Below the pieces are notes generated by a model, which worked only from the letters and a program-made list of their open reading frames with translations, searched no databases and had not been told where the DNA came from. A stretch of 64,000 bases of DNA, taken from the NCBI GenBank assembly GCA_944385935.1, contig CALWZC010000004.1, positions 75,426 through 139,425 of the forward strand, given 5' to 3'. The DNA comes from an uncultured Anaerofilum sp. GTDB taxonomy: Bacteria; Bacillota; Clostridia; Oscillospirales; Ruminococcaceae. Of the stretch, positions 8,527-18,806 are shown piece after piece (position 1 is the stretch's first letter; each line of letters starts with the position of its first letter). A program made the translations under genes and the position numbers.

Positions 8527-11124
8527 GTGGCAAAACTGTCCCCTATGATGCAACAATATTTCCAGTTGAAGGAAGATTATAAAGACGAAATTCTGTTCTT
8601 TCGCTTGGGCGATTTTTATGAAATGTTTTATGATGATGCTCTTTTAGCGTCTAAAGAGTTGGAACTCACCCTCACAGGAAGGGACTGCGGACAAGAGGAG
8701 CGTGCCCCTATGTGTGGGGTGCCCTTTCATAGCAGCGAAAGCTATATTGCCCGACTGATTGCAAAAGGGTATAAAGTTGCCATCTGTGAACAGGTGGAAG
8801 ACCCTGCCTCTGCAAAAGGACTGGTAAAACGGGATGTCATTCGTGTGGTTACTCCCGGCACAGTCATTGAAAGTAGCATGCTGCCAGAAGACCGCAACAA
8901 TTACATTGCCAGCATTGCGGTACAAAAGGGAAGGGCTGGAATCTGCTTTGCAGATGTTTCCACAGGAGAAGCACAAGTTACCCTGTTGGAAGGAGAAAAC
9001 TTGGCAGACCAGATTCTTTCGGAACTATGCCGCTTTTCTCCCAGTGAGGTGTTAATGAATCCCACTTTACTGGACTATAAACAGGTAACAGATTACATAA
9101 AAAATAAACTTTCCTGTTCTGTGGAAATGATGGAAGAAAAAGACTATAAACCCACTGTGGTGGATGCTGTTATGCAGAGGCAGTTTGGCAAGGAATATGC
9201 CACACAGTTGGATATGGATAGCAGCGACTTAGAATGTTCCGCTTTGGCGGTGCTGTTGGAATATATTCTCCATACCCAGAAAAAAGGCTTGGAGCGAATG
9301 AAAACCGTTCACCGCTATGCAGAAAAGCAATTTATGCACCTTTCTCCCACAACACGCAACAATTTGGAATTGACCCAAACCATGCGAGGCAAGGAGAAAA
9401 AAGGAACCTTGCTGTGGGTGCTGGACAAAACAGCCACTCCTATGGGTAGGCGACTTCTGCGGAAATGGGTAGAACAACCACTGGTTTCTGCGGTGGCTAT
9501 CAACCATCGGTTGGAAGCAGTGGAACAACTGGTACAGGATACTGTAGGGCGTGGAGATATTTTTCAGGTATTGGATTGTATCTTTGATATGGAAAGGTTG
9601 ACCACTCGCACGGTATATGGTTCTGCAAGCCCCAAAGAGGTATATGCTTTGTCCGTCGCCTGTCAACAAATGCCCCAACTAAAGCAATTTGCAGCCAAAT
9701 ACACAGGGCAGGAATTGCAGCAAATCAGCAAGGACATTGACCCCCTAGAAGATATTTGCCAATGTATTCGGGATGCACTGGAAGAAACAGCCCCTGCCAC
9801 TCTAAAGGATGGCAATGTAATTCGGGCAGGATACAACGCTGAAGTGGACGAGCTGCGAGAAATTATGCACGGGGGCAAGGGATATCTTGCTACATTGGAA
9901 GCAAAGCTAAAAGAAGAAACAGGCATCCGTACCCTAAAGGTGGGCTATAATCGGGTATTTGGCTATTATATCGAGGTAAGCCGCAGTTTTTCCAGTCAAG
10001 TTCCCGAAACCTTTATCCGAAAACAAACCCTTGCCAATGCAGAGCGATACATCACCGACGAGCTAAAACAACTGGAATCCAAGATTTTGGGTGCCAGCGA
10101 GCGACTGTTGAACTTGGAAAAGGAATTGTTTGACCAGCTTTTACAAAAGATTGCTCAGCAGCTTGTACGGATTCAGCAAACCGCCACAGCCGTGGCAAAA
10201 CTGGATGTTCTGTGCTCTTTGGCGCAAGTGGCAGTGGAAAACAACTATACTCGTCCCATTGTGGAGGAAAACAATCTATTGAATATCCAGCAGGGGCGGC
10301 ATCCTGTCATTGAAAAAATTATGACAGGAGGGCTGTTTGTTCCCAATGATACGGTGATGGATTGCGATAGAAACCGGATGTTAATGATTACCGGCCCCAA
10401 TATGGCGGGAAAATCCACCTATATGCGGCAAAATGCCCTAATTGTGCTGATGGCACAGATTGGCAGCTTTGTTCCTGCACAGCATTGCAGAGTGGGAGTA
10501 GTAGACGCAATTTTCACCCGTGTAGGTGCCGCTGATGATTTGGCGGCAGGTCAATCTACATTTATGGTAGAAATGAACGAGGTTGCCGAAATTTTGCAGC
10601 ATGCAACCCATAAAAGTTTGGTGATTTTGGACGAAATTGGCAGAGGTACTTCTACCTTTGATGGTATGAGCATTGCCCGTGCTGTGGTGGAATACATTGC
10701 AGACAAAACAGGGCATTTGGGTTGTAAGACCCTATTTGCTACCCATTACCATGAGTTGACCGAAATGGAACATACCACAGATGGCGTGAAAAACTATTCC
10801 ATTGCTGTAAAAAAGAGGGGAGATGACATCACATTCCTGCGCAGAATTATTGCAGGCCCCGCAGATGATAGCTATGGAATCCAAGTGGCAAAATTGGCAG
10901 GTTTACCAGAAGCAGTGATTGACCGTGCAAAAGAAGTGTTGCAACAGTTGGAAACCTCTATGCCCAGCCCAGACAAAGCAATTCAGATGGATTGGAGCCA
11001 GATGGAAGAAAAGCCACAAGAATTGCCCCAACAAATGGTGGAAAAACTGCAAAAGGTGGACTTGGAAACCGTAACACCTTTGGAAGCCTTAAACCTCCTA
11101 TACCAACTCAAACAAATGGTGTAA
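8527..11124 (+). CDS. mutS: DNA mismatch repair protein MutS
   Basis: 865 aa. PMMQQYFQLKEDY...FFRLGDFYEMF, Walker A GPNMAGKST, DEIGRGTSTFDG. GTG start after AAGGAGG. Confidence 0.97.
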   Translation: MAKLSPMMQQYFQLKEDYKDEILFFRLGDFYEMFYDDALLASKELELTLTGRDCGQEERAPMCGVPFHSSESYIARLIAKGYKVAICEQVEDPASAKGLVKRDVIRVVTPGTVIESSMLPEDRNNYIASIAVQKGRAGICFADVSTGEAQVTLLEGENLADQILSELCRFSPSEVLMNPTLLDYKQVTDYIKNKLSCSVEMMEEKDYKPTVVDAVMQRQFGKEYATQLDMDSSDLECSALAVLLEYILHTQKKGLERMKTVHRYAEKQFMHLSPTTRNNLELTQTMRGKEKKGTLLWVLDKTATPMGRRLLRKWVEQPLVSAVAINHRLEAVEQLVQDTVGRGDIFQVLDCIFDMERLTTRTVYGSASPKEVYALSVACQQMPQLKQFAAKYTGQELQQISKDIDPLEDICQCIRDALEETAPATLKDGNVIRAGYNAEVDELREIMHGGKGYLATLEAKLKEETGIRTLKVGYNRVFGYYIEVSRSFSSQVPETFIRKQTLANAERYITDELKQLESKILGASERLLNLEKELFDQLLQKIAQQLVRIQQTATAVAKLDVLCSLAQVAVENNYTRPIVEENNLLNIQQGRHPVIEKIMTGGLFVPNDTVMDCDRNRMLMITGPNMAGKSTYMRQNALIVLMAQIGSFVPAQHCRVGVVDAIFTRVGAADDLAAGQSTFMVEMNEVAEILQHATHKSLVILDEIGRGTSTFDGMSIARAVVEYIADKTGHLGCKTLFATHYHELTEMEHTTDGVKNYSIAVKKRGDDITFLRRIIAGPADDSYGIQVAKLAGLPEAVIDRAKEVLQQLETSMPSPDKAIQMDWSQMEEKPQELPQQMVEKLQKVDLETVTPLEALNLLYQLKQMV

Positions 11125-11163
11125 GGATAGGTATTCCATAGAACGAGAAAAGGAGGAGATTGC

Positions 11164-13140
11164 ATGGCAGTCATTCATGTATTGGACAAGCATACCGCCG
11201 AATTGATTGCGGCAGGGGAGGTAGTGGAGCGTCCGGCATCGGTAGTAAAGGAATTGCTGGAAAATTCCATTGATGCTGGAGCCAAACAGATAACAGTTTC
11301 CATTGTCCGTGGTGGTGTGGCGCAAATTGAAGTGTCTGACAATGGAAGTGGTATTGAAGTAGAGTATATTGCCACCGCTTTTATTCGCCATGCTACTAGT
11401 AAAATCTCCTGCCAACAAGATTTGGAATCCATTGGAACCTTGGGATTCCGTGGAGAAGCTCTAGCCTCCATTGCCAGCGTTGCCCGAATACAGCTTGTCA
11501 CCTGCACCCCTCAAGATGAGTTTGCTTACTGCTACCGCATAGAGGGAGGCGAGGAAATAGGCATAGAGCCGGCGGCCCGTCCAGTGGGAACAACTATCAC
11601 TGTTTCGGACTTGTTTTACAATACTCCAGCCCGCATGAAGTTTTTGAAAAAGGATTCTAGTGAAGGAACCTTTGTGGCAGAAACCATACAAAGGATTGCT
11701 CTTTCTCATCCAGAAGTAAGCATTGCTTTTATTCGTGAGGGAAAGCAGCAATTTCGTACCCCCGGCACAGGAAAGTTGATGGATACTATTTACACTGTGC
11801 TAGGTAGGGAATTTTCAAAGGAATTGCTGTCTGTAGAAAGCCAGAGTGGAGCCTATCAGGTAAAAGGATGGATTACCCCGCCTCGTTGCTGTCGTGCCAG
11901 TCGAGCAATGCAATATTTCTATATCAATGGGCGTTTTGTAAAAAATAAAACCATGATGGCAGCCCTAGAAACGGCCTACAAGGGAACAGTTATGCAAGGG
12001 AAATTTCCCGGGTGTGTGTTGGAATTGCAGTTGCCCCCGGAATTGGTGGATGTAAATGTGCATCCAGCAAAAATTGAGGTGCGCTTTGCTCATGAACAGG
12101 ATGTTTTTGATGCTGTGTACAAAGGAGTAAAATTGGCTTTGTCGGTGCCACAAGCCTCCCAAAAGCAGTTGGAGTTTTCTACAAAGCCACAGCCAGAGCA
12201 TAAACAAATGCAAATGCCTTCCATTTCTGTGCCACCACAAACCTCTGTAATTCCCAAGCAGGAAACAATCATTTTGGCAAAACAGCAACCTACACTATCA
12301 CAAATTACACCAAACGTTTCTACAAAAGAGGAAATACGGCAAGAAAAATATGTGATTACCACGCGAAATCCAAAAGCATTTTCTGGGCTGTGTTCTTCCA
12401 GTTTGCCCTATACTGTGCACCACAAAGAACCAGACCTTGATGTTATGGTAGAGGAAGATGATTCTTTTCCTGTTGTGGAGCAGCCAGCAGCAGAAACAGA
12501 ATTACCTACCCAAGAGGAAGTAGTACCTTCTCAGATGGAACTGGTTTCCCAAGAGGAGGAGAACAAAGGTTCAGCCCCTTTGCAAATTGTAGGGGAGATG
12601 TTTGGAACCTATATCCTTGCCCAGCGAGGACAGGAAATGTGCTTTATTGATAAACATGCAGCCCATGAGCGTATTTTGTATGAAAAGTTAAAGAATCAGC
12701 AAATGGCAGATGGACAGCTGTTGATGGAGCCTGTAAGCGTGCAGCTTTCCGCAGAACAAAAAAATGCTGTGCTGCAACAGGCGGATTTGCTGGAACAGCA
12801 AGGAATCCAGTTGGAGGACTTTGGTGGGTCTACGGTGTTGGTGCGAACGGTTCCTTTGGATATTTCCCCCAGTGAAGTGGAACCTTTGGTTGAGGAATTG
12901 GCATCCAACTTGGTGCTAAACAATCGCCAAAGCCGAACAGAAAAAGCGGAATGGGTGTTGCATTCCATTGCTTGCCGTGCTGCGGTAAAAGCTGGTGACC
13001 ACAACAGCACAGAAGAACTGTTGCACTTGGCACAACAAATTTTAGAGGGGGAAATTCCCCTATTCTGTCCCCATGGCAGACCGGTGATTTTAAAATTGAC
13101 ACAAAAGGAGCTGGAAAAACAGTTTGGTAGACAAGGATAA
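11164..13140 (+). CDS. mutL: DNA mismatch repair protein MutL
   Basis: GHKL ATPase N-terminus (IAAGEVVERPASVVKELLENSIDAG, DNGSGI, GFRGEAL). C-terminal dimerisation domain with CPHGRP. Confidence 0.95.
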   Translation: MAVIHVLDKHTAELIAAGEVVERPASVVKELLENSIDAGAKQITVSIVRGGVAQIEVSDNGSGIEVEYIATAFIRHATSKISCQQDLESIGTLGFRGEALASIASVARIQLVTCTPQDEFAYCYRIEGGEEIGIEPAARPVGTTITVSDLFYNTPARMKFLKKDSSEGTFVAETIQRIALSHPEVSIAFIREGKQQFRTPGTGKLMDTIYTVLGREFSKELLSVESQSGAYQVKGWITPPRCCRASRAMQYFYINGRFVKNKTMMAALETAYKGTVMQGKFPGCVLELQLPPELVDVNVHPAKIEVRFAHEQDVFDAVYKGVKLALSVPQASQKQLEFSTKPQPEHKQMQMPSISVPPQTSVIPKQETIILAKQQPTLSQITPNVSTKEEIRQEKYVITTRNPKAFSGLCSSSLPYTVHHKEPDLDVMVEEDDSFPVVEQPAAETELPTQEEVVPSQMELVSQEEENKGSAPLQIVGEMFGTYILAQRGQEMCFIDKHAAHERILYEKLKNQQMADGQLLMEPVSVQLSAEQKNAVLQQADLLEQQGIQLEDFGGSTVLVRTVPLDISPSEVEPLVEELASNLVLNNRQSRTEKAEWVLHSIACRAAVKAGDHNSTEELLHLAQQILEGEIPLFCPHGRPVILKLTQKELEKQFGRQG

Positions 13141-14104
13141 AACTACAATCATTGCCATTGGCGGCCCCACTGCCAGCGGAAAAACCAGCCTTTCGGTGGA
13201 ATTGGCAAAGGCATGGAATGGGGAGATTATTTCAGCGGATTCCATGCAGATTTACAAAGGGCTAGATATTGGCACCGCCAAAGCAACCCCAGAGGAACAG
13301 CAGGGAATCCCTCATCATCTGGTAGATATTCTATCCCCTGAACAACGGTTTAGTGCGGCAGATTTTGTGGAAAGGGCACAGCAATGTATTGAGGAAATTG
13401 TACAGCGTGGAAAATTGCCCATTGTGGTGGGGGGCACAGGGCTATATATAGAAAGTTTGTTGAAAGGGGTACAATTTACCAAAGAAGAATTTGACCCCAA
13501 TCTTCGCAATAAGCTGGAGCAGGAAGCCGCTTTGTATGGTGCAGAAGAAATGCACCGCCGGTTACAACAAATCGACCCAGAGTATGCAGCTACCTTACAC
13601 CCCAACAATCAGGGCCGTGTCCTTCGTGCTATAGAGCTGTATTTACAAACAGGAACCACCATGACCGAGCAGCGAAAAAACTCTTTGCCTCCACAGCAAC
13701 CATACAACAGCTTGCTGTTGGTTTTGGGTTGTGAAAATCGGCAAACGTTATATGACCGAATCAATCTTCGGGTAGACCAAATGGTACAGCAGGGCCTAGA
13801 ACAAGAGGCACGCTATGTATACCAACACAAACACACCTTTGCTACCGCTGCACAAGCCATCGGCTACAAGGAGTTTTTTCCATATTTTGAGCAACAGCAA
13901 ACCTTGGAAGAATCGGTGGAGCAGTTGAAACAGGCCACACGAAAATATGCAAAGCGACAACTTACATGGTTCCGACGGATGGAAGGGGTACATTGGTTGC
14001 AACTAGACCAAAATCCCTTGCAGGAGGCAATGTCCTTGGTAGAACAACACTTGCAAAAGGTTGAAGGGAACTGTGGAAAGGAAAAATTGCTATGGGACAA
14101 GTAA
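13124..14104 (+). CDS. miaA: tRNA dimethylallyltransferase
   Basis: P-loop GPTASGKTS, SADSMQIYKGLDIGTAK, PHHL. TTG start overlaps the mutL stop, and the exact start is uncertain. Confidence 0.92.
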   Translation: MVDKDKTTIIAIGGPTASGKTSLSVELAKAWNGEIISADSMQIYKGLDIGTAKATPEEQQGIPHHLVDILSPEQRFSAADFVERAQQCIEEIVQRGKLPIVVGGTGLYIESLLKGVQFTKEEFDPNLRNKLEQEAALYGAEEMHRRLQQIDPEYAATLHPNNQGRVLRAIELYLQTGTTMTEQRKNSLPPQQPYNSLLLVLGCENRQTLYDRINLRVDQMVQQGLEQEARYVYQHKHTFATAAQAIGYKEFFPYFEQQQTLEESVEQLKQATRKYAKRQLTWFRRMEGVHWLQLDQNPLQEAMSLVEQHLQKVEGNCGKEKLLWDK

Positions 14105-15330
14105 AACGATATCTGGGTATTACTGCCATGTTGCTATTAGGGGCAGCAGTTTTATACTTAGTTATGCAAATTTATGCAATTATGAACCCCAGCTACCGCA
14201 CCGAAACAGCCATCTACTATGAAATGTCGGAAAACATCGAAATGAAAGCAGCGGCTGTATTTCAACGGCAAACCATAGAAGGTGGAGGTACATTGGGCTA
14301 CTTGGTGGAGGATGGTGAGCGAGTGCACCCCGGGCAGGTGATAGCAGAGCGATATTCTAGCCCACAACAGGCACAAGCACAGGCACAATACCGCCAGCTT
14401 CAAAGGCAAGTAGAGATGTTGCAAAGCTCTAGCAAGGTGCAAGGAGTGGATGTAGGTGCCATTACAAGGCAGTTGCAAGATGGCCTATATTCACTTGTGG
14501 CAGACTTAGGACAGAGCAATTATTACGATTCAACGGAATATTTTAATAGTTATTTGGTAGCGGCAAATAAGGTACAATGTTTGACTGGAAAGACCAGTGG
14601 ATTTGACCAACGAATCGCCCAAATTCAGGGGCAAATGGAGGCACTGTCTGCCACAGTAGGAACCCCAGAAACCATAGGTTCTCCTGCCAGTGGCTATTTT
14701 GTGCGCAGCGAGCAAGCAGGAGTGCAGCCCTTTTCCCAAGAACAGTTGGAACAGATGACACCCCAGCAACTGCTGGAGGAATTGGATAAAACCTTCCCCG
14801 ACAATTCTCAGGGAGTGGGGGAAATTATTACAGACTATCGTTGGAGTTTGTATGGCACAACAGATTCATCATTAGCACAACAGCTAAAAGCGGGACAAAG
14901 TGTCACTTTGCGCCTTCCAGAACGGGGTGGGCTGGAATTTCCAGTAAAGGTGGAGCAGGTTCAGGCAGATAGAGAAAATGGGTTATACAAAATAAAACTC
15001 AGCTGTCAAAACATTACGCCACAAGCCTTGGGATTAGGTGTGGAACGGGTAGAAGTTGTGGTAAATGAATACGAAGGAATCCGTGTTCCCCGCAGTGCAG
15101 AACACATTCATATTTCCACCGATGAAAATGGGAAAGAAGTGGAAGAATATGGTGTATATGTAAAATTGGGAACCTTGATGTATTTCCGTAAAATTACAAA
15201 TAAGCTCTACCAAAATGAGGAATACATGTTGTTGCCTTTGAATCCAAGTGAAGAAGATGGCGACGAAGTGCGGTTGTATGATGAAGTAATTGTAGAGGGC
15301 ACAGATTTGGACAATGGAAAGCTGATTTAA
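14092..15330 (+). CDS. Membrane-anchored HlyD-like (barrel-sandwich/coiled-coil) protein
   Basis: 412 aa. One N-terminal TM (ITAMLLLGAAVLYLVMQIYAI), a lipoyl-like motif (VEDGERVHPGQVIAE) and coiled-coil Q-rich segments. Functional assignment is weak. Confidence 0.5.
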   Translation: MGQVKRYLGITAMLLLGAAVLYLVMQIYAIMNPSYRTETAIYYEMSENIEMKAAAVFQRQTIEGGGTLGYLVEDGERVHPGQVIAERYSSPQQAQAQAQYRQLQRQVEMLQSSSKVQGVDVGAITRQLQDGLYSLVADLGQSNYYDSTEYFNSYLVAANKVQCLTGKTSGFDQRIAQIQGQMEALSATVGTPETIGSPASGYFVRSEQAGVQPFSQEQLEQMTPQQLLEELDKTFPDNSQGVGEIITDYRWSLYGTTDSSLAQQLKAGQSVTLRLPERGGLEFPVKVEQVQADRENGLYKIKLSCQNITPQALGLGVERVEVVVNEYEGIRVPRSAEHIHISTDENGKEVEEYGVYVKLGTLMYFRKITNKLYQNEEYMLLPLNPSEEDGDEVRLYDEVIVEGTDLDNGKLI

Positions 15331-15369
15331 GGTGTTTTTGTCGAAACAACAGAAAGTTTGCCGGAGTTG

Positions 15370-15398
15370 TTGACATTGCAAACAAAAAAAGAGATAAT
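15370..15398 (+). promoter_or_regulatory. Sigma-A-type promoter upstream of sepF
   Basis: TTGACA (15370-15375), 17-nt spacer, GATAAT (15393-15398). Confidence 0.45.
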
Positions 15399-15486
15399 TA
15401 AAAAAACATCTCAACATGCTTCATGAAAAGAAAATGGAAATATGAACATGTGCCGTTTACAAATCGCATAAAAGGAGAAAACGGGT

Positions 15487-15939
15487 ATGTCTTTTTTAGG
15501 AAATATCAAAGGCTTTCTAAAGGGAGAGTCTGATGACGATTATGAGTACGAAGATTATGAAGAGGAAGAAATGGAAGAGCAGCCAGCCCCCGAACTGCCT
15601 GCATCTGTCCCTTCCGAGCAGGAAAATCGCCGTGGAAAAGTAGTTGCTATGGGTTCTGCTGCACCTTTGCAAGTGGTGTTAGTAAAACCAGAAAAGTTTG
15701 ATGATGCCAGCAGCATAGCCAACCACCTAAACCAGAAAAGAACAGTGGTATTAAACTTAGAGTCCACCAATAAAGAAATTTCTAAACGGTTGGTGGATTT
15801 TCTAACCGGTGTTGCCTATGCAAACAAAGCAAATATCAACCGTGTGGCTACCAATACATTCATTATTACCCCTCAAAATGTAGATTTGATGGGTGGTGAC
15901 ATTTTAGGAGATATGGAAAACAATGGCTCCTTCTTCTGA
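15487..15939 (+). CDS. sepF: Cell division protein SepF
   Basis: 150 aa. Acidic linker, then the conserved SepF core (VVLVKPEKFDDASSIANHLNQKRTVVLNLE, RLVDFLTGVAYA). AAGGAG RBS. Confidence 0.85.
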   Translation: MSFLGNIKGFLKGESDDDYEYEDYEEEEMEEQPAPELPASVPSEQENRRGKVVAMGSAAPLQVVLVKPEKFDDASSIANHLNQKRTVVLNLESTNKEISKRLVDFLTGVAYANKANINRVATNTFIITPQNVDLMGGDILGDMENNGSFF

Positions 15940-16720
15940 GAAACAGCCGGCAGCAAAGCGGGGGTTTATCCCCCCGCAAAATGCCGAGGAACAAATGTTG
16001 ATGCGTCGTGTGGAGGAGTTGTGCAAGCGAGTGCAGTATGGCCAGCGTCCTCGCAACACCGATTTCCTCAGCGACCGCCAACAGCAGTTGGCACAGGCAG
16101 CCATGAACCGTTGTGGCAGCGATTGCAGGATTCTATGGGATGGTGGATATGATGGCGCAGAGCGGAAAATGCTCACACTGTTGCCAGAAGGTATGGAATA
16201 TCAACAGCCCTTTTGTGGATTGCGTTTGTGCCCTATCGCCTCCAATGCCCATTTGCAACATAGAGATTGCTTGGGAGCAATTCTAGGGTTGGGATTGGAC
16301 AGAAAGAGCATAGGGGACATTTTGCTGCAAGAAGACGGCAGCAGTGTGGTGTTTTGTACATTTCCAGCAGCTGACCTTATTACACAAGAATTGGCCCAAA
16401 TTGGCAAAGAAACAGTGACTGTGGAACCCTATGAACAACTGCAAACACTTGCATTGCAAGCAACCTTGCAAACTGCCACTGTTGCTTCTTTGCGAGTGGA
16501 TGCCGTATTAGCAGCCATGCTCCATACCAGCAGAGAAAAGGCTGTCCAGCTCATTCGAGCAGGAAAGCTGGAAATAAACCATCTCCCTGTAACTGCCGCA
16601 CATATGCAGGTATATGAACAGGATGTGTTTACTGTTCGAGGTGTTGGGCGGTTTCGGTTGGAGCAAATTGGGGGGAAAAGTCGAAAAGACCGCATATTTA
16701 TTCAATATTACCAATATTAA
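15923..16720 (+). CDS. ylmH: YlmH-family RNA-binding (S4 domain) protein
   Basis: TDFLSDRQQQL near the N-terminus and a C-terminal S4-like domain (RVDAVLAAMLHTSREKAVQLIRAGKLEINH). Conserved position between sepF and divIVA. Start is uncertain. Confidence 0.8.
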   Translation: MAPSSEKQPAAKRGFIPPQNAEEQMLMRRVEELCKRVQYGQRPRNTDFLSDRQQQLAQAAMNRCGSDCRILWDGGYDGAERKMLTLLPEGMEYQQPFCGLRLCPIASNAHLQHRDCLGAILGLGLDRKSIGDILLQEDGSSVVFCTFPAADLITQELAQIGKETVTVEPYEQLQTLALQATLQTATVASLRVDAVLAAMLHTSREKAVQLIRAGKLEINHLPVTAAHMQVYEQDVFTVRGVGRFRLEQIGGKSRKDRIFIQYYQY

Positions 16721-16756
16721 GATAACCTTAGGTAAATAGGGAAAGGGGAATACTTT

Positions 16757-17311
16757 GTGTTAAAGAGTAGCGAAATTCGTGCTGTAACCTTTGATAAAAC
16801 AATGCGTGGCTATCGCTGTGAAGATGTGGATGCCTTCCTGCGAAAGGTTGCAGACCAAGTAGACGACCAAGATGCCACAATCGCAGATTTGGAGAAAAAG
16901 CTGCAAATTTTGGCCCAGCGTATTGAAGGATATCGAGCTGATGAAGATACCCTAAAAACCGCTTTGCTCAATGCTCAGCGTTTGGGTGAAAATGTTATCC
17001 ATGAGGCAAAGCAGAAAGCCGAAAGCATTCTGCGGGAAGCTTCCTTGAAGGCAGAAAGCCTTACTGAACAGGCAAAAGGACAAGTTCTAGAACAGAAGAT
17101 GGAACTGGAGAGAGTGCAAAGCGAAGTGGCACACTTTAAAGCCAGTGTTCTTAGCTTGTACAAAAGCCATATTGAATCCCTAAGCACTTTGCCTGGAAAT
17201 GAGCCAGAGCAACCAGAGGAAGAGGAGCAACCAGAGGAAACAGAGCAAGCCCAAGAGGAAATTGCACTGGAGGAGTTGGGAGAAGAATCCCAAGAGGGTT
17301 TGGAAGAGTAA
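16757..17311 (+). CDS. divIVA: DivIVA-domain protein
   Basis: GTG start. IRAVTFDKTMRGYRCEDVDAFLRKV is the DivIVA N-terminal lipid-binding motif. Coiled coil and an acidic E/Q-rich tail follow. Confidence 0.85.
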   Translation: MLKSSEIRAVTFDKTMRGYRCEDVDAFLRKVADQVDDQDATIADLEKKLQILAQRIEGYRADEDTLKTALLNAQRLGENVIHEAKQKAESILREASLKAESLTEQAKGQVLEQKMELERVQSEVAHFKASVLSLYKSHIESLSTLPGNEPEQPEEEEQPEETEQAQEEIALEELGEESQEGLEE

Positions 17312-17318
17312 AATGCAC

Positions 17319-17360
17319 AGGCGGTGTAGCCCCAAGGACACACCGCCTGCCCTTTTGTTT
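17319..17360 (+). terminator. Rho-independent terminator after divIVA
   Basis: 10-bp perfect stem CAGGCGGTGT / ACACCGCCTG, followed by CCCTTTTGTTT. Confidence 0.8.
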
Positions 17361-17397
17361 GTGGCTGTATGCAATATCCACTTTGTGGAAAGGATGA

Positions 17398-17901
17398 TTG
17401 TGTTTGAAAGATAAAAAAACATTGTTGTTTGTACTATTTTCTGTGGTAATGATTGCAGTAGACCAAGTGTTGAAAGTATGGGCAACTGCCGCCCTTGCCC
17501 CCATTGGACAGGCGGATTTAATTCCCGGATTTTTGGGGTTGCAGTATGTTCTGAATGACGGAATGGCTTTTAGTATGTTTGCAGGTGCCCGGTGGTTGTT
17601 GGTGGTTGTTACCTCCATTGCATTAGTGCTTTTGGTTGGTTATGTGGTAGTAAAAAAGCCCACAGGTTTGTTCTTTTGGGCCTGTGCCTGTTTATTTGCT
17701 GGTGGTGTAGGAAACTTGATAGACCGTATCCGCACCGGTTTGGTGGTGGATTATCTAGCATTCCAGTTTGTTTCTTTTCCTGTGTTTAACTTTGCGGATA
17801 TTTTGGTCACCACCGGAGCAGGACTGCTATTGCTTTGGGCGGTCTTAGATACCATACAGGAAAGAAAAAAGGCCAAGGAGCAACCCAATGGAACAGCTTG
17901 A
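17398..17901 (+). CDS. lspA: Lipoprotein signal peptidase (signal peptidase II)
   Basis: 167 aa, 4 TM. DQVLKVW, NDGMAFSM, GGVGNLIDR, VVDYL, FNFAD motifs. TTG start assumed. Confidence 0.85.
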   Translation: MCLKDKKTLLFVLFSVVMIAVDQVLKVWATAALAPIGQADLIPGFLGLQYVLNDGMAFSMFAGARWLLVVVTSIALVLLVGYVVVKKPTGLFFWACACLFAGGVGNLIDRIRTGLVVDYLAFQFVSFPVFNFADILVTTGAGLLLLWAVLDTIQERKKAKEQPNGTA

Positions 17902-18802
17902 GTTTATATGTGAGGAACAGCAACCAACCAGACTGGACAAGCTACTGACGGAATTTTTGCCGGATTACAGCCGCAGCGCATTGAGCCAACTTATTGCAGA
18001 TGGAATGGTGCAGCTCAATGGCAAACAAGCCGCAAAAAGTGCAAAACCGAAAAAAGGAGATATTTTACTTGTTTCCTTGCCTGACCCAGTAGAGCCGGAT
18101 GCACAACCAGAGGATATCCCTCTAAATATTGTCTATGAAGATAACAGTTTGTTGGTAGTGAATAAACCCAAAGGAATGGTAGTGCACCCAGCAGCAGGAA
18201 ACTACAATGGAACATTGGTAAATGGCTTGTTGTATCATTGCAAAGGCAGCCTTTCTGGAATTGGGGGGCAACTACGGCCAGGTATCGTCCATCGCATTGA
18301 TAAAAATACCAGTGGACTTTTGGTGGTGGCAAAAACGGACACTGCCCATAGCTTTTTGTCCCAGCAGATGGCAGAACACACTGTACAGCGTACATACCAT
18401 GCAGTTGCCTATGGGAGATTTCGGGAGCAAGAGGGCTTTGTAGAAGGAAATATTGGTCGTCATCCCCAAGACAGAAAGAAGATGGCTGTGGTGAGCACAG
18501 GGGGCAAATATGCTTATACCGGATGGAAGGTATTGGAGCAATTTCAAGGATTTGCCTATTTACAGTTGCAGCTAAAGACCGGAAGAACCCATCAGATTCG
18601 AGTACATATGGCCAGCATAGGGCACCCTTTGGCAGGGGATGATGTATATGGCCCCAAAGCTGTGATTCAAAAATTACAGGGACAGTGCCTTCATGCAAAA
18701 ACACTGGGCTTTGTCCATCCCGAAAGCCGCCAGTGGATGCAGTTTGATTCCCCCTTGCCAGAATATTTCGAGCAATTTTTGCAAACGCTGAAAAAGGAAT
18801 GA
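17888..18802 (+). CDS. rluD: 23S rRNA pseudouridine synthase, RluA/RluD family
   Basis: N-terminal S4 domain, HRIDKNTSGLLVVAK catalytic motif, GRTHQIRVH. Confidence 0.9.
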   Translation: MEQLEFICEEQQPTRLDKLLTEFLPDYSRSALSQLIADGMVQLNGKQAAKSAKPKKGDILLVSLPDPVEPDAQPEDIPLNIVYEDNSLLVVNKPKGMVVHPAAGNYNGTLVNGLLYHCKGSLSGIGGQLRPGIVHRIDKNTSGLLVVAKTDTAHSFLSQQMAEHTVQRTYHAVAYGRFREQEGFVEGNIGRHPQDRKKMAVVSTGGKYAYTGWKVLEQFQGFAYLQLQLKTGRTHQIRVHMASIGHPLAGDDVYGPKAVIQKLQGQCLHAKTLGFVHPESRQWMQFDSPLPEYFEQFLQTLKKE

Positions 18803-18806
18803 GCCA

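Noticed and set aside
14105-15330. Expected hfq downstream of miaA, as in many Bacillota
   Set aside because: No Hfq-like Sm motif is present. The position is occupied by a 412-aa HlyD-like membrane protein. Absence of hfq is common in some Clostridia lineages and is not reported as a finding.
18015-18704. 229-aa minus-strand ORF
   Set aside because: It is antisense to rluD, which carries the catalytic HRIDKNTSG motif.
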